Positions 18,414 to 28,594 of a stretch of 63,168 nucleotides of DNA are shown here, piece after piece. Each line of letters opens with the position of its first letter. Position 1 is the stretch's first letter. The stretch comes from Nanobdellota archaeon (GTDB lineage Archaea; Nanobdellota; Nanobdellia; SCGC-AAA011-G17; GW2011-AR18). Where the stretch lies: assembly GCA_038046085.1 (NCBI GenBank), contig JBBSWW010000003.1, forward strand, positions 1 through 63,168, given 5' to 3'. A program made the position numbers and the translations under genes. Under the pieces are notes generated by a model, which did not search any database, was not told the DNA's origin, and was given only the letters and a program-made list of their open reading frames with translations.

Positions 18414-18941
18414 ATGGATCTAAGTAAATGGAAGAAAATAGAAGAAAGACCGGTATATGAAGGATACCAGAAAATCTATGTTAAAAAATTTGAGATGCCA
18501 GATGGAAAGATAGGAGAATTTGAGGTAAGAAAATCAAAAGACAGTATAGGTATATTAGCAATAACAAAAGATAATCATGTAATAATCGCAAGAGAATTTA
18601 GAGTAGGAGTTGAAAAAGTATTAGATGAACTACCAACAGGAATAATGGATGGAAAAGAGGAACCAATAGAAGCAGCAAAAAGAGAATTATTAGAAGAGAC
18701 AGGATATACAGGAGAATTTGAATTTGTAACAAAATTCCCAAGATCACCATACGTAACTGGATATACATACTGCTTTGTTGCTAAAAACTGTGTAAAGATA
18801 AAAGAACCAGAAAATGGAGATAAAGAATACATAGAAGTAGTATTAAAACCATTAGAACAATTCAGAAAAGAACTAAGACAACCAAACAATACAATGGTAT
18901 TAACAGCATACTTAGGATTAGATTATTTAGGATTATTGTAA
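18414..18941 (+). CDS. NUDIX hydrolase (ADP-ribose pyrophosphatase-like)
   Basis: Nudix box GIMDGKEEPIEAAKRELLEETGY. Confidence 0.85.
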   Translation: MDLSKWKKIEERPVYEGYQKIYVKKFEMPDGKIGEFEVRKSKDSIGILAITKDNHVIIAREFRVGVEKVLDELPTGIMDGKEEPIEAAKRELLEETGYTGEFEFVTKFPRSPYVTGYTYCFVAKNCVKIKEPENGDKEYIEVVLKPLEQFRKELRQPNNTMVLTAYLGLDYLGLL

Positions 18942-18946
18942 AATTT

Positions 18947-19315
18947 TTATTTATTTACTAATAATGTTCTACTTATGTCTTCTATAATAATAAAATTTCT
19001 GTTTTCTGTGTCTATACTTCCCTTTATTGTTACAACTTCTTTTGAATCTGAAAGTTGTTTTAATAGATCATTTGCTTCATGATTACGAGTTAATAAATAA
19101 CCTTCTACTGAAACTTCTTCATGATAAAGCTTCATACAATATCCTACTATTTCTCTTATTTTATAATCTTCTCGTTTTCTGTCAGTATAATCTATTTGTG
19201 CTCTAAAAATTAAACCCTCACCGTATGTGTCACCATTTTGCTGAATTATTCTTGCAATATCTTCTAATGTTATCTTTTTATATTTATCAAATTCAGGATA
19301 AAAATTCATTGCCAT
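18947..19315 (-). CDS. hypothetical protein
   Basis: 122-aa ORF with no motif. A-ending codons despite being on the minus strand. Confidence 0.45.
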   Translation of the reverse strand: MAMNFYPEFDKYKKITLEDIARIIQQNGDTYGEGLIFRAQIDYTDRKREDYKIREIVGYCMKLYHEEVSVEGYLLTRNHEANDLLKQLSDSKEVVTIKGSIDTENRNFIIIEDISRTLLVNK

Positions 19316-19396
19316 ATATTATGTAAACTCAAAAAGTTTATTAAACTATCTTCTCTTATCTTATTAATACTTATATATTCAGATTATTGTAAAAGT

Positions 19397-19804
19397 TTAT
19401 TCTTTGTTCATCAATGATCTACAAAGAGAATCTACACTTTCATTATTACAATGTTCTATATATAATGGCTTGTCAAGTTCAAAGTAAGATGCTCTTAATG
19501 GCTGATATTGTGAATCAAAAAATGTCTTAATAAAAATAATTCCCTGTCTAGTTTCACTATTTGCGAAACAAAGTCTAGTAGATTCATAAGTTGTATCTTT
19601 TTCAGCTGATCTATAATCATAATATTCACATTGCATCAATGGTAAGCCTGGTCTGTTTAAATTTTCTCTACTTACAAATGCATTATTACGTTCAGGATGT
19701 GTTCTCTTATAAAGTTGAATAGTTGTTATGCTTGATATTAAACCAGTTCCAATAGATATTCCTAGAACTATTCCTAAATTTCTTATTGATTTTTTTAAAT
19801 CCAT
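19397..19804 (-). CDS. hypothetical membrane-anchored Cys-containing protein
   Basis: N-terminal TM LGIVLGISIGTGLISSITTI. Five Cys in the ectodomain. Confidence 0.45.
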   Translation of the reverse strand: MDLKKSIRNLGIVLGISIGTGLISSITTIQLYKRTHPERNNAFVSRENLNRPGLPLMQCEYYDYRSAEKDTTYESTRLCFANSETRQGIIFIKTFFDSQYQPLRASYFELDKPLYIEHCNNESVDSLCRSLMNKE

Positions 19805-19857
19805 AATTTTTTTATTATAAAAAAGTTTAAAAGCTTGACTAACAAGAAAATAATATC

Positions 19858-20196
19858 ATGAAGCAGGCAATAATCATACGTAAAGACTTGAAATTACCAA
19901 CAGGAAAAGCAGTATCTCAAGGAGCGCACGCAGCAGTAGAAGCTGTATTAAGAAGTGATAAAGATAAAGTCAAATCCTGGAGAGAGAGTGGAATGCCAAA
20001 AATAGTCTTGAAAGTAAATGATCTAAAAGAATTACAGAAATATAACCAGATAGCAAAAGACAATGGGTTAGTAACTGCTTTAATAACAGATGCAGGAAGG
20101 ACAACAGTAGAACCAGGAACAGTAACATGTCTAGCAATAGGGCCAGATAAAGAAGAAAAGATAGATAGAGTAATAAAAGAATTAAAATTATACTAA
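19858..20196 (+). CDS. pth2: peptidyl-tRNA hydrolase, archaeal type
   Basis: 112 aa. KQAIIIRKDLKLPTGKAVSQGAHAAV...PKIVLKV...ITDAGRTTVEPGTVTCLAIGP. Confidence 0.9.
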   Translation: MKQAIIIRKDLKLPTGKAVSQGAHAAVEAVLRSDKDKVKSWRESGMPKIVLKVNDLKELQKYNQIAKDNGLVTALITDAGRTTVEPGTVTCLAIGPDKEEKIDRVIKELKLY

Positions 20197-20243
20197 AATT
20201 CTTTAAAAAATAGTTTTATAAAACTTTTCTTATATATCATTAA

Positions 20244-20603
20244 ATGGCAAATAATACAGTACGTAATTTATTTGATGAGTGCTTAGCTAAATCAAATGCA
20301 GGATATGTATCCACACAAGGAAATACTACAACCGCAGATATTAGGCTGGGCAGTAATAATCTTAGAATATTGTATTCAAATGATGAATCATCTGAAAATC
20401 TTAAAGCAGAATTATATAATCATGAAGGAGAATTGGTACATGATTTATCGCTTTCCTGTTCATATAATAGGGCTGTAATGACAGAGGATTGCTATTTTAC
20501 ACCTACTTTTAAATCAATGTCACATATAAAAAATTTAAGGTCTAATTTCATAAGAGCTTTAGAACAAATACTATCGACAGAACAAATTTCTATGCTTTCT
20601 TAG
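20244..20603 (+). CDS. hypothetical protein
   Basis: 119-aa ORF with no motif. Confidence 0.4.
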   Translation: MANNTVRNLFDECLAKSNAGYVSTQGNTTTADIRLGSNNLRILYSNDESSENLKAELYNHEGELVHDLSLSCSYNRAVMTEDCYFTPTFKSMSHIKNLRSNFIRALEQILSTEQISMLS

Positions 20604-21207
20604 CAAAGACTTCAATCCAATCGTTTTCTTCGTCATTAGATTCAGTTGATTCAATAATAACAAAACCATTACTTATTAATAAATCATTCAATTCTTTTTT
20701 CTGGTAGAAAGCATAAAACCTAGGAGAATTGTCATATCTCTCTTTCTCAATAATCTGTTCACTATCACCCTTCTTGACAGCAATATATAAAATCCCATCT
20801 TTCTTCAATGCTTTAGAGAAATTCTTTATGAGTTTAGGAGCTTCAGATTTAGGAATATCAGCAAGAGTAGCCATACACCATATACCAACAAATTCATCAT
20901 CAGAAGACATCTCTAAAAGATTTCCTTTAATAGTATCAACATTTAGTTTCTTAGCTTCTTCAATCATACCATCAGAGAAATCAACTGGGATAACATCTAA
21001 ACCCTCTTCTTTAAGATAGTTTGAGTCTCTACCTGAACCAGATCCCGCATCTAATATTTTTCCTTTTTCAGGAAGCAATGATATAAAATTATTTAACTGG
21101 AACTGCATAATCTTTGATGAAGTATAGTCTGCATAAATCTTAGAAAACTTATTATAAGTCTGAATGGCTAATTGAATCTTATCCTTTGCAGAGAGTTCAT
21201 TATCCAT
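20590..21207 (-). CDS. class I SAM-dependent methyltransferase
   Basis: Motif I ILDAGSGSGRDSNYL followed by an acidic loop (VIPVDFSD). Confidence 0.75.
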   Translation of the reverse strand: MDNELSAKDKIQLAIQTYNKFSKIYADYTSSKIMQFQLNNFISLLPEKGKILDAGSGSGRDSNYLKEEGLDVIPVDFSDGMIEEAKKLNVDTIKGNLLEMSSDDEFVGIWCMATLADIPKSEAPKLIKNFSKALKKDGILYIAVKKGDSEQIIEKERYDNSPRFYAFYQKKELNDLLISNGFVIIESTESNDEENDWIEVFAKKA

Positions 21208-21321
21208 TGTCTATTTTTTAGTAACAACAATATTTAAGCTTTTTGATGTTATAGATCAAATTCTTCAATAAAAATTAATTTTACAGCAAGATTTATTAAT
21301 ATATTAATTTAAAATTCTAAT

Positions 21322-22392
21322 ATGCAGATAAAAGAAGAGGTGCGTGAGATAGTTTCAAATCTAGATATAAGAGATATTGCCTTCTTATTAGAGTGTTCTT
21401 TGAAAATAACAAAACAGAAAATGGCAAATAATATGGCACAGGAAGCTATAAACTGCTTGAAAAATTATGATCATTTCACAGACTTAATACTAGAATTCTA
21501 TTTATTACAGAATAAAAATCTAAGATGTGCTGCAATATCTGGAGTAGATAATGAGACAAGAAATGTATACATAGGAAGAAGAATAATTAGGGGATCAATA
21601 ATAGCACAGTCATTCATAAACAATAAGATAATATTCCATACAGAAGCAGAAAAAGAACCCTCAAGAAGAGGTGAATTCATAACAGTAAACAGGATAAAAT
21701 CATCACTAATAATACCTATAGAGCGATTAGGAGTGATAACAATAAACAGGTTTGACAAGAAAAAATTCAACTTACATCATATAAAATTCATAAAACTATT
21801 CATAGATGTAATAAAATCATCATTAGAATTAGCAATAGACAATGAGAAAAACTTTAATGCAGCAATAAGAGACCAATTAACTGGATTATATAACCACGGA
21901 TATTTTGCATTTGAATTAAAGAAATATATAGAGAATGCAAGAAGAGCAAACCACAATATAAGCCTGATAATGATAGATGTAGATTATTTCAAAAAATACA
22001 ATGATCAGAACGGGCATCCAAAAGGTGATGAGTTATTAATAAAATTAGGAAAGATATTAAGAGTCAATACAAGGTCAGCAGATATAGTTGCTAGATATGG
22101 AGGAGAGGAGTTTGCTGTTGTATTACATAATGCAAAATTAAAAGATGCAGTAAATAAGGCTGAACTATTAAGAAAAGCAGTATCAGAATATAAATTCTAT
22201 AATGAAGAAAGCCAGCCGGATAAGGATTTAACAATAAGCTTAGGAGTATCAAGTTTCCCAGACAATGCAGACAATGCTGAAGATCTAGTCATAAGAGCAG
22301 ATAAGGCATTATATTACAGCAAAAACAATGGAAAGAACAAAGTAACATCCTACAATAAAGTAAGTCATAAACTCTCAATAATATCACAATAA
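21322..22392 (+). CDS. GAF-like sensor + GGDEF diguanylate cyclase
   Basis: RDQLTGLYNHGYF, IMIDVDYFKKYND, active site RYGGEEF, I-site RSAD five residues upstream, and ADKALYYSKNNGKNKV. The N-terminal 170 aa are GAF-like. Confidence 0.85.
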   Translation: MQIKEEVREIVSNLDIRDIAFLLECSLKITKQKMANNMAQEAINCLKNYDHFTDLILEFYLLQNKNLRCAAISGVDNETRNVYIGRRIIRGSIIAQSFINNKIIFHTEAEKEPSRRGEFITVNRIKSSLIIPIERLGVITINRFDKKKFNLHHIKFIKLFIDVIKSSLELAIDNEKNFNAAIRDQLTGLYNHGYFAFELKKYIENARRANHNISLIMIDVDYFKKYNDQNGHPKGDELLIKLGKILRVNTRSADIVARYGGEEFAVVLHNAKLKDAVNKAELLRKAVSEYKFYNEESQPDKDLTISLGVSSFPDNADNAEDLVIRADKALYYSKNNGKNKVTSYNKVSHKLSIISQ

Positions 22393-23510
22393 TGCTTCCA
22401 AGAATATTTATTTTTTAATTTCTTAATATTATCAGAGAATTCTTTCTTCTTATCATTTTTATATAATCTTATAACAGCATCAGCCAAAGCTTTAGGATCT
22501 TTAGAATGAACAACAAAACCAGTCTTATTGTTTTCAACAAGTTCAGGAAGACCACCAACATCAGTACAAATTACAGGAGTGTTGAAATTATAAGATATTT
22601 GAATAGGACCAGACTGAGTAGCAGATGTATAAGGGAGAACTAAAACATCTGATCTAGCGAAATATTCACCAACAGAGTCATTAGGAACATAACTGTCTAT
22701 TACTTCAATATTCTTTTCAAGACCTAATCTTTTTATCTCATCAAAATAGAACTTCCTATTATTCCTTGATTTACCTGTCAAAAATTTAGTTAAAAACTTA
22801 TTAATAAAACCATTATTCTCCCAGAATTCACCAACAATCAATAATTTAATATCAATCTTTTTAATAATCATAGGCATAGCTTTAATCAAATAAATCAAGC
22901 CCTTATATTCCCTTATATAACCAAAGAAAAGAATCTTTTTATTATATCTGGATGTGAACTTAGAATTACTCTTAAACATATCATAAACAGGGTGAAAACT
23001 TAAAATAGTCTTTTTATCTTTATTAATCTTTAAAGAATCCTCAAAATCTTTATTAGAATGGACAATAAAGTATTCTACATTTTTAAAAAAAGCTTTTCTT
23101 AAAATATTATCTAAAAAAGTACCCTCATGCTGAAGAACATTATGAGCAATACAAACAATCTTTGACTTAGTCTTGATCAAATGTGAAATGGTAGTATAAA
23201 TCGGAGAAACAATAGGAGATAACCATGTAAAAATAACAATATCTGGATTCATATTATTAATAATCTTAGCAGCTTTAAACCAAGAAAAAGGATTATAGAA
23301 ATCAAGCAAGAAATCTTTATTTTCCTTAATCAAATGTTCGTCTTTTTTCTCAATAGGATCAATTGGATAGATAATCTTAGGATATTGTCTTTTCCAGCTA
23401 ATAACTTTAACTTCATTATTTTTAACTAATTCATTAACAAGACTAGAATTGAAATGAGACAAACCACCCTTATAAGGAGGAACTGGACCTATGACAACAA
23501 TCTTCTTCAT
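22365..23510 (-). CDS. glycosyltransferase family 4 (GT-B)
   Basis: VGGLPELVENNKTGFVV (EX7E-type region). 381 aa. Confidence 0.8.
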   Translation of the reverse strand: MKKIVVIGPVPPYKGGLSHFNSSLVNELVKNNEVKVISWKRQYPKIIYPIDPIEKKDEHLIKENKDFLLDFYNPFSWFKAAKIINNMNPDIVIFTWLSPIVSPIYTTISHLIKTKSKIVCIAHNVLQHEGTFLDNILRKAFFKNVEYFIVHSNKDFEDSLKINKDKKTILSFHPVYDMFKSNSKFTSRYNKKILFFGYIREYKGLIYLIKAMPMIIKKIDIKLLIVGEFWENNGFINKFLTKFLTGKSRNNRKFYFDEIKRLGLEKNIEVIDSYVPNDSVGEYFARSDVLVLPYTSATQSGPIQISYNFNTPVICTDVGGLPELVENNKTGFVVHSKDPKALADAVIRLYKNDKKKEFSDNIKKLKNKYSWKHYCDIIESL

Positions 23511-23546
23511 GATATTAAATTATGATAAACATTTAAATACCTTATT

Positions 23547-25088
23547 ATGAAGAAAAGATTAATGGATATAAATACAGATACGGCATTAAAGAACATAGCA
23601 AAAGGAGCAAGCCTTGCATTTGCTGGAATAATAATCTCAAAAATACTTGGATATTCATACAGGATAATAGTAGCAAGGCTAGGACCGGCAGATTATGGAC
23701 AGTTATCAATAGCACTAGCAATATTCAATTTTTTTGGGATAATAGCAATACTAGGATTAACACAGGGAATACAAAGATATGTCCCATATTATAATGCCAG
23801 AAAAGAATATGGAAAAGCAAGAGGAATAGTATTGTATAGTCTTAAATTATCATTCATAACAGGATTATTAATAGGAATACTATTATTCTTATTCTCAGAT
23901 TATATAGCAATAAACTACTTCCATGAAGAAAAATTATCAATATTAATAAAACTAGTGGCATTCATAATACCAATAGATGTAATCAGAAATATATTCCTTA
24001 ACCTATGCAAATCATATAATTATATAATACCAGAAATATATGCGAGAAATTTCGCTGAAAACTTTGTAAAAGTAATATTAACACTAGTCTTCTTATTATT
24101 AGGATATGGATTATTAGGAGCAACATTTGCATACATCTCAGCAATAACAATAAGTTGCATAATATCATATTATCTTGCAAGAAAATTATACAATTACAGA
24201 AAAGATGTAAAACCAGAATATGATAAAAAAATATGGCTCAATTATTCAATACCATTACTAATAAACCATTTCTTATTATTAATAATGTTATGGACTGATA
24301 CGTTCTTATTAGGATATTTCAAAACAAGCACAGATGTAGGAATCTATAATGCCGCAGCACCAACAGCACAACTAATCTATATATTCCCGGCTGCACTACT
24401 AAGCCTATTCCTTCCAGTACTAAGCAACTTATATTCAAAAAATGAAAAAAAATCATTCAACACATGCTATTCAACAGTCACAAAATGGATATTCATAATA
24501 AACATGTTATTCTTATTAGGACTTGTAGTATTTTCTAAACAAATAATAACATTATTGTTCGGAGCAGAGTATTATACAGGATATCTAGCATTAATAATAT
24601 TATCAGTATGCTATTTTGTCTATCATCTAAGCCTTACATCAAATAATATCATGATGATATATGAAAGAACAAAAACAGTATTCCTAATATCATTAATCGG
24701 AGCAGTACTTAATGTGATATTAAATTATTACCTAATACCAACATATAGTTATACAGGAGCAGCAATATCAACAGGAATATCAGTATTAGTAATGGGAATA
24801 ATAAACTTCATAGTAGCATATAAAATAACAAAATATAATCCAATAAACAAAAAATACATAAAAATCTTATTAATAACAATACTATTATTCATAGCATCAT
24901 ATTACATAAGCAATATAATACAATATAATTATTTACTTGTTGCATTAGTCTCATTATCAACATTCATAATATATACACTGTTGTTATTAGCATTTAAAGT
25001 ATTTAACGATGAAGACATAAAGATATTAAGATATATAGAAAAAGGATTTGTAAATAAAATAATAAAAATACTTAAGAAATTTATTTAG
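23547..25088 (+). CDS. polysaccharide flippase (Wzx/MOP family)
   Basis: 513 aa with about 12-14 hydrophobic segments. Polysacc_synt-like N-terminus (KGASLAFAGIIISKILGYSYRIIVARLGPADYG). Located in the GT cluster. Confidence 0.7.
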   Translation: MKKRLMDINTDTALKNIAKGASLAFAGIIISKILGYSYRIIVARLGPADYGQLSIALAIFNFFGIIAILGLTQGIQRYVPYYNARKEYGKARGIVLYSLKLSFITGLLIGILLFLFSDYIAINYFHEEKLSILIKLVAFIIPIDVIRNIFLNLCKSYNYIIPEIYARNFAENFVKVILTLVFLLLGYGLLGATFAYISAITISCIISYYLARKLYNYRKDVKPEYDKKIWLNYSIPLLINHFLLLIMLWTDTFLLGYFKTSTDVGIYNAAAPTAQLIYIFPAALLSLFLPVLSNLYSKNEKKSFNTCYSTVTKWIFIINMLFLLGLVVFSKQIITLLFGAEYYTGYLALIILSVCYFVYHLSLTSNNIMMIYERTKTVFLISLIGAVLNVILNYYLIPTYSYTGAAISTGISVLVMGIINFIVAYKITKYNPINKKYIKILLITILLFIASYYISNIIQYNYLLVALVSLSTFIIYTLLLLAFKVFNDEDIKILRYIEKGFVNKIIKILKKFI

Positions 25089-25899
25089 ACTTTTTAATCA
25101 AAAAACTCCAGTCAGAAGCCATAAATGAAGGCAATCTTTCTGCAAGATAACAATCAAACTTCTGTAAAGGTTTGTACTTGGAATAAATTCTTGAGATGAT
25201 ATAAACACCTAAAAGGAAATAAGTATTCTTATGCTTAACAATCTTAAAATTATTATTTTTTAATAACTTCTTAAAAGACCTCATTGTGAAAAATTGTTCA
25301 TGAATAGCACCTTCATTATGAGTGTTCAAAGTATCAATACCATAACTACTGAAACAATCCTGCTCCTGAGAAGTTTTTTTAAGTTTCCATTTAAGATTAC
25401 GAGCTTTCTCATATAATCCAATACCTTTAAGGAACTTACCGAAATAAGCATATGGCTTAAGACTTAATTCAGTAGGACCATAACCATTAGGAATTGTAAT
25501 TATCAACAACCCATCATCTTTCAATAATCTTTGAATACTTGAGACTAACTTTTCAGGATGTTTAAGATGTTCCAAAACTTCAGGAGAAACAATAACATCA
25601 TATTTTTCTTTAATATTAATATCATGAGCATTAGCAACCTTAAATTTACAATTCTTGAATTTATTTTTTTTATTAGCATAATCAACAGAAGCTTTATCAA
25701 TATCAATACCTAAGACATTATAACCATTAGATGCTATCTGAAGAGAGATATTACCAACACCACAACCAACATCAAGGATCTTCAATTTCCTATTAGGATG
25801 AGCTTTCTGGAAATCCTCAACAGCAGAAAGAATAAAATTAAGTTTATTAACATAATGAACCATAATCTTCTGTAAAATAGAATAATCAATCTTAGCCAT
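25081..25899 (-). CDS. class I SAM-dependent methyltransferase
   Basis: Motif I ILDVGCGVGNISLQIA, then GIDID and SPEVLEHL. Confidence 0.75.
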   Translation of the reverse strand: MAKIDYSILQKIMVHYVNKLNFILSAVEDFQKAHPNRKLKILDVGCGVGNISLQIASNGYNVLGIDIDKASVDYANKKNKFKNCKFKVANAHDINIKEKYDVIVSPEVLEHLKHPEKLVSSIQRLLKDDGLLIITIPNGYGPTELSLKPYAYFGKFLKGIGLYEKARNLKWKLKKTSQEQDCFSSYGIDTLNTHNEGAIHEQFFTMRSFKKLLKNNNFKIVKHKNTYFLLGVYIISRIYSKYKPLQKFDCYLAERLPSFMASDWSFLIKKSK

Positions 25900-25933
25900 A
25901 AAAAGTGGATTAAATAACTAATTATAAAACTTA

Positions 25934-26158
25934 CTACTCTGTATCATTAATAACAATAGCATTAACAGGACAGGATTTTTCAGCTTCCTTAGCCTTAACA
26001 GAAAGCTCAGAATCAATAGGAATAAAATCCTTATCATGATTAACAACCTTTAACTCACCATCAATCTCAACGAATTCCCATTTCTCAGGACAGGCAGAAA
26101 CACAAGCACCGCAAGCAATACAAGTAGACTCATCATGTGAAATCTTCAATTCTTTCAT
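25934..26158 (-). CDS. small ferredoxin (single Fe-S cluster type)
   Basis: CIACGACVSACP ... CPVNAI. 74 aa. Confidence 0.8.
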   Translation of the reverse strand: MKELKISHDESTCIACGACVSACPEKWEFVEIDGELKVVNHDKDFIPIDSELSVKAKEAEKSCPVNAIVINDTE

Positions 26159-26172
26159 AAGATAATATTAAT

Positions 26173-26874
26173 TTAATTCTTTATATCATTTTCTAATATG
26201 TCGTTTTGTAAGATATTCTTCTCAGGAACGCCGATATTCAATAAAAAATTATTAACAGCTGAAATCATGTCATTAGGACCACATATACAGAATATACTAT
26301 CTTTATCTTTTATTACATCCTTAATATAAGACTCATCAATTTTTTTATTATAACCATTCCACAAAGAATCAGCAGTAACAACATAATTATTTTTTAATTT
26401 ACCAATACTAAAAGCAAAATTATCCAATTCTACTTTGAAAGCTAAATCATCCATCTTATCAACAGAATAAATAAGATTTAATTCTACATCAGCACGATTC
26501 TGCATAATCTGCCTAATCAAAGAAATGAATTTAGTTATACCAGTGCCTATTGCTATCAGAGTGAAAGATTTAATGTTATTATAACTAAGAGGCAGACCAT
26601 AAGGTCCTGAAATTGTAATATCATCACCTTCTTTCAGATTATTAAATAAATATTCAGATAACTTATCATCAGGAGATGATTTAATCATAATCTCAATAAG
26701 AGTAGCAGCTTCAGGAGGTGTTGTAACATAGAAATGCCTAGTTTCGTCTTTAATTTTAAGAGCAATAGCCTGACCAGGAATAAAATCAATCTTACCATAA
26801 GGAATCATCCTAATCAACCTGATATTTTTTGATACAAATTCAGTCTCAAGAACAGAAGCAGTAATATTTTCCAT
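26173..26874 (-). CDS. ferredoxin-NADP reductase-like FAD/NAD(P) oxidoreductase
   Basis: RHFYVT (RxYS/T FAD motif), IAIGTGITKF (NAD(P) motif), CGPNDM. I took the ATG at 26874; the track start at 26886 is TTG. Confidence 0.75.
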   Translation of the reverse strand: MENITASVLETEFVSKNIRLIRMIPYGKIDFIPGQAIALKIKDETRHFYVTTPPEAATLIEIMIKSSPDDKLSEYLFNNLKEGDDITISGPYGLPLSYNNIKSFTLIAIGTGITKFISLIRQIMQNRADVELNLIYSVDKMDDLAFKVELDNFAFSIGKLKNNYVVTADSLWNGYNKKIDESYIKDVIKDKDSIFCICGPNDMISAVNNFLLNIGVPEKNILQNDILENDIKN

Positions 26875-26987
26875 AAAAAGAAGCAAAATCCAATACTTAA
26901 AAAGTTTGTGATGATATATTACATAATTCTGAAAATTTACAGTTTTTAATCGTTAACTTTAAATATGGACTAAATTTATATAAATTA

Positions 26988-28559
26988 ATGAGTAAACCTA
27001 TAGCACTAGTACAGGTAAGCAATCCTGAAGATATGAGAATAGCTCCACTAGCGCACTTGTTTGTTGGAGGTGCGTTAAAAAGAGAGGGATATGAACCTAA
27101 AGTATTCCATATAAATTCTGAAAATTTAAATAAAGCAGTAAAAGATATACTAAGCATAGATCCAATGTTTGTAGGATTTTCTGTAATAACAGGAAACCAG
27201 ACAAGGGAATCAGCAAATCTATCAAGGATGTTAAAGAAAGAAAAACCTGAACTACCAATAATATGGGGAGGGGTACATCCATCATTATTACCAAAAGAGA
27301 CAGTAAAAGAGGATTATATAGACTATGTAGTAAATGGAGAGGGAGATAGTATAATCATAGACATAGCAAGAATGTTCGAAGGAAAGACAAGAGCAGAAGA
27401 TATACTTGGATTATGCTATAAAAGAAATGGGATACCAATATTAAACGGTCCAAGACCATTAATAGAAGACTTAGACCAGCTAGATTTAGACTTTGATTTA
27501 ATAGATGTAGAATCACATTTAGAACATGAATGGAATAATAAAAGAGTATTAGGATTCATAACAAGCAGAGGATGCCCATTTAATTGTGGATTCTGCTTTA
27601 ACCAGAGATTCAACCAGAGAAGATGGAGAGCACAGTCAGACAAGAAAGTAATAGAAAAAGTAAGTTACCTAAAAGATAAATACGGAATAGATGGAATAAA
27701 ATTCTATGATGACCTATTATTCTCAAATCCACAAAGAGCAGTAAGATTACTAGAAGCAATAAACTTACCATGGTATGGAGAGGTAAGAGTAGGAATGTTA
27801 CATGATGATCTAGTAAAGAAATTAGTCTCTACACAATGCAGGGAATTATTATTAGGACTAGAATCAGGATCAGACAGGATGTTAAAGTTAATGAACAAAC
27901 TACAGACAGTAGAACAGATAAAAAGAGGGATAAAAGCATTAACAAAAGCTCCTGACTTAAAACCAGTAGGATCATTCATAATGGGAATGCCAACAGAGAG
28001 CAAAGAAGAAACATTCCAGACAGTAGATTTAGCATTAGAACTAAGTGAGATACATCCAAGAATGAGATTCAGCTTTGGATTCTATTTACCATATCCTGGA
28101 GCTGATTTATACGAACTTGCATTAAAGATGGGATTTGTACCGCCAGTAAAAACAGAAGACTGGGATAGCTTAGACAGATGGGCAAATAAACTAGAATTAA
28201 AATGGCTAGACTGGACACATGATTCAGAATATTTCAGGAAAATAAGAGATTACTTTAATTTATTACCATTAAGAGATGTAAAATTACCAATAATATCAAA
28301 GATACCTGAAAAAAGACTTAGAGAAAGAGACTTCAGCCATATAAGAGAGCTAGAAATACTTAGTAACTTACAAAAAAAATATTCACACAAAAATAATATG
28401 TTCAGCAAAGTAGTATTGAAATCACTACCATACATCAGATCAAAAAGATTACCAAAAGATGTACAGATAAACCAGATACCAGTAATAAACAATAATGTCA
28501 ATACAGTACCTATAGGAAATGGAAAAGAACAGGTAATATCAGGAATATCAGTCAAGTAA
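26988..28559 (+). CDS. B12-binding-domain radical SAM enzyme
   Basis: N-terminal cobalamin-binding-like domain, then SRGCPFNCGFC (Cx3Cx2C). 523 aa. Confidence 0.85.
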   Translation: MSKPIALVQVSNPEDMRIAPLAHLFVGGALKREGYEPKVFHINSENLNKAVKDILSIDPMFVGFSVITGNQTRESANLSRMLKKEKPELPIIWGGVHPSLLPKETVKEDYIDYVVNGEGDSIIIDIARMFEGKTRAEDILGLCYKRNGIPILNGPRPLIEDLDQLDLDFDLIDVESHLEHEWNNKRVLGFITSRGCPFNCGFCFNQRFNQRRWRAQSDKKVIEKVSYLKDKYGIDGIKFYDDLLFSNPQRAVRLLEAINLPWYGEVRVGMLHDDLVKKLVSTQCRELLLGLESGSDRMLKLMNKLQTVEQIKRGIKALTKAPDLKPVGSFIMGMPTESKEETFQTVDLALELSEIHPRMRFSFGFYLPYPGADLYELALKMGFVPPVKTEDWDSLDRWANKLELKWLDWTHDSEYFRKIRDYFNLLPLRDVKLPIISKIPEKRLRERDFSHIRELEILSNLQKKYSHKNNMFSKVVLKSLPYIRSKRLPKDVQINQIPVINNNVNTVPIGNGKEQVISGISVK

Positions 28560-28594
28560 AAACTTTTATATAAAACCTAAAACCTATTTCTAGA

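Noticed and set aside
20296-20478. 60-aa ORF nested in 20244..20603
   Set aside because: It is an alternative frame of the same strand inside a longer ORF, with no independent support.
26897-27157. 86-aa minus-strand ORF
   Set aside because: It overlaps the 5' end of the B12-radical-SAM gene in antisense and has no motif.
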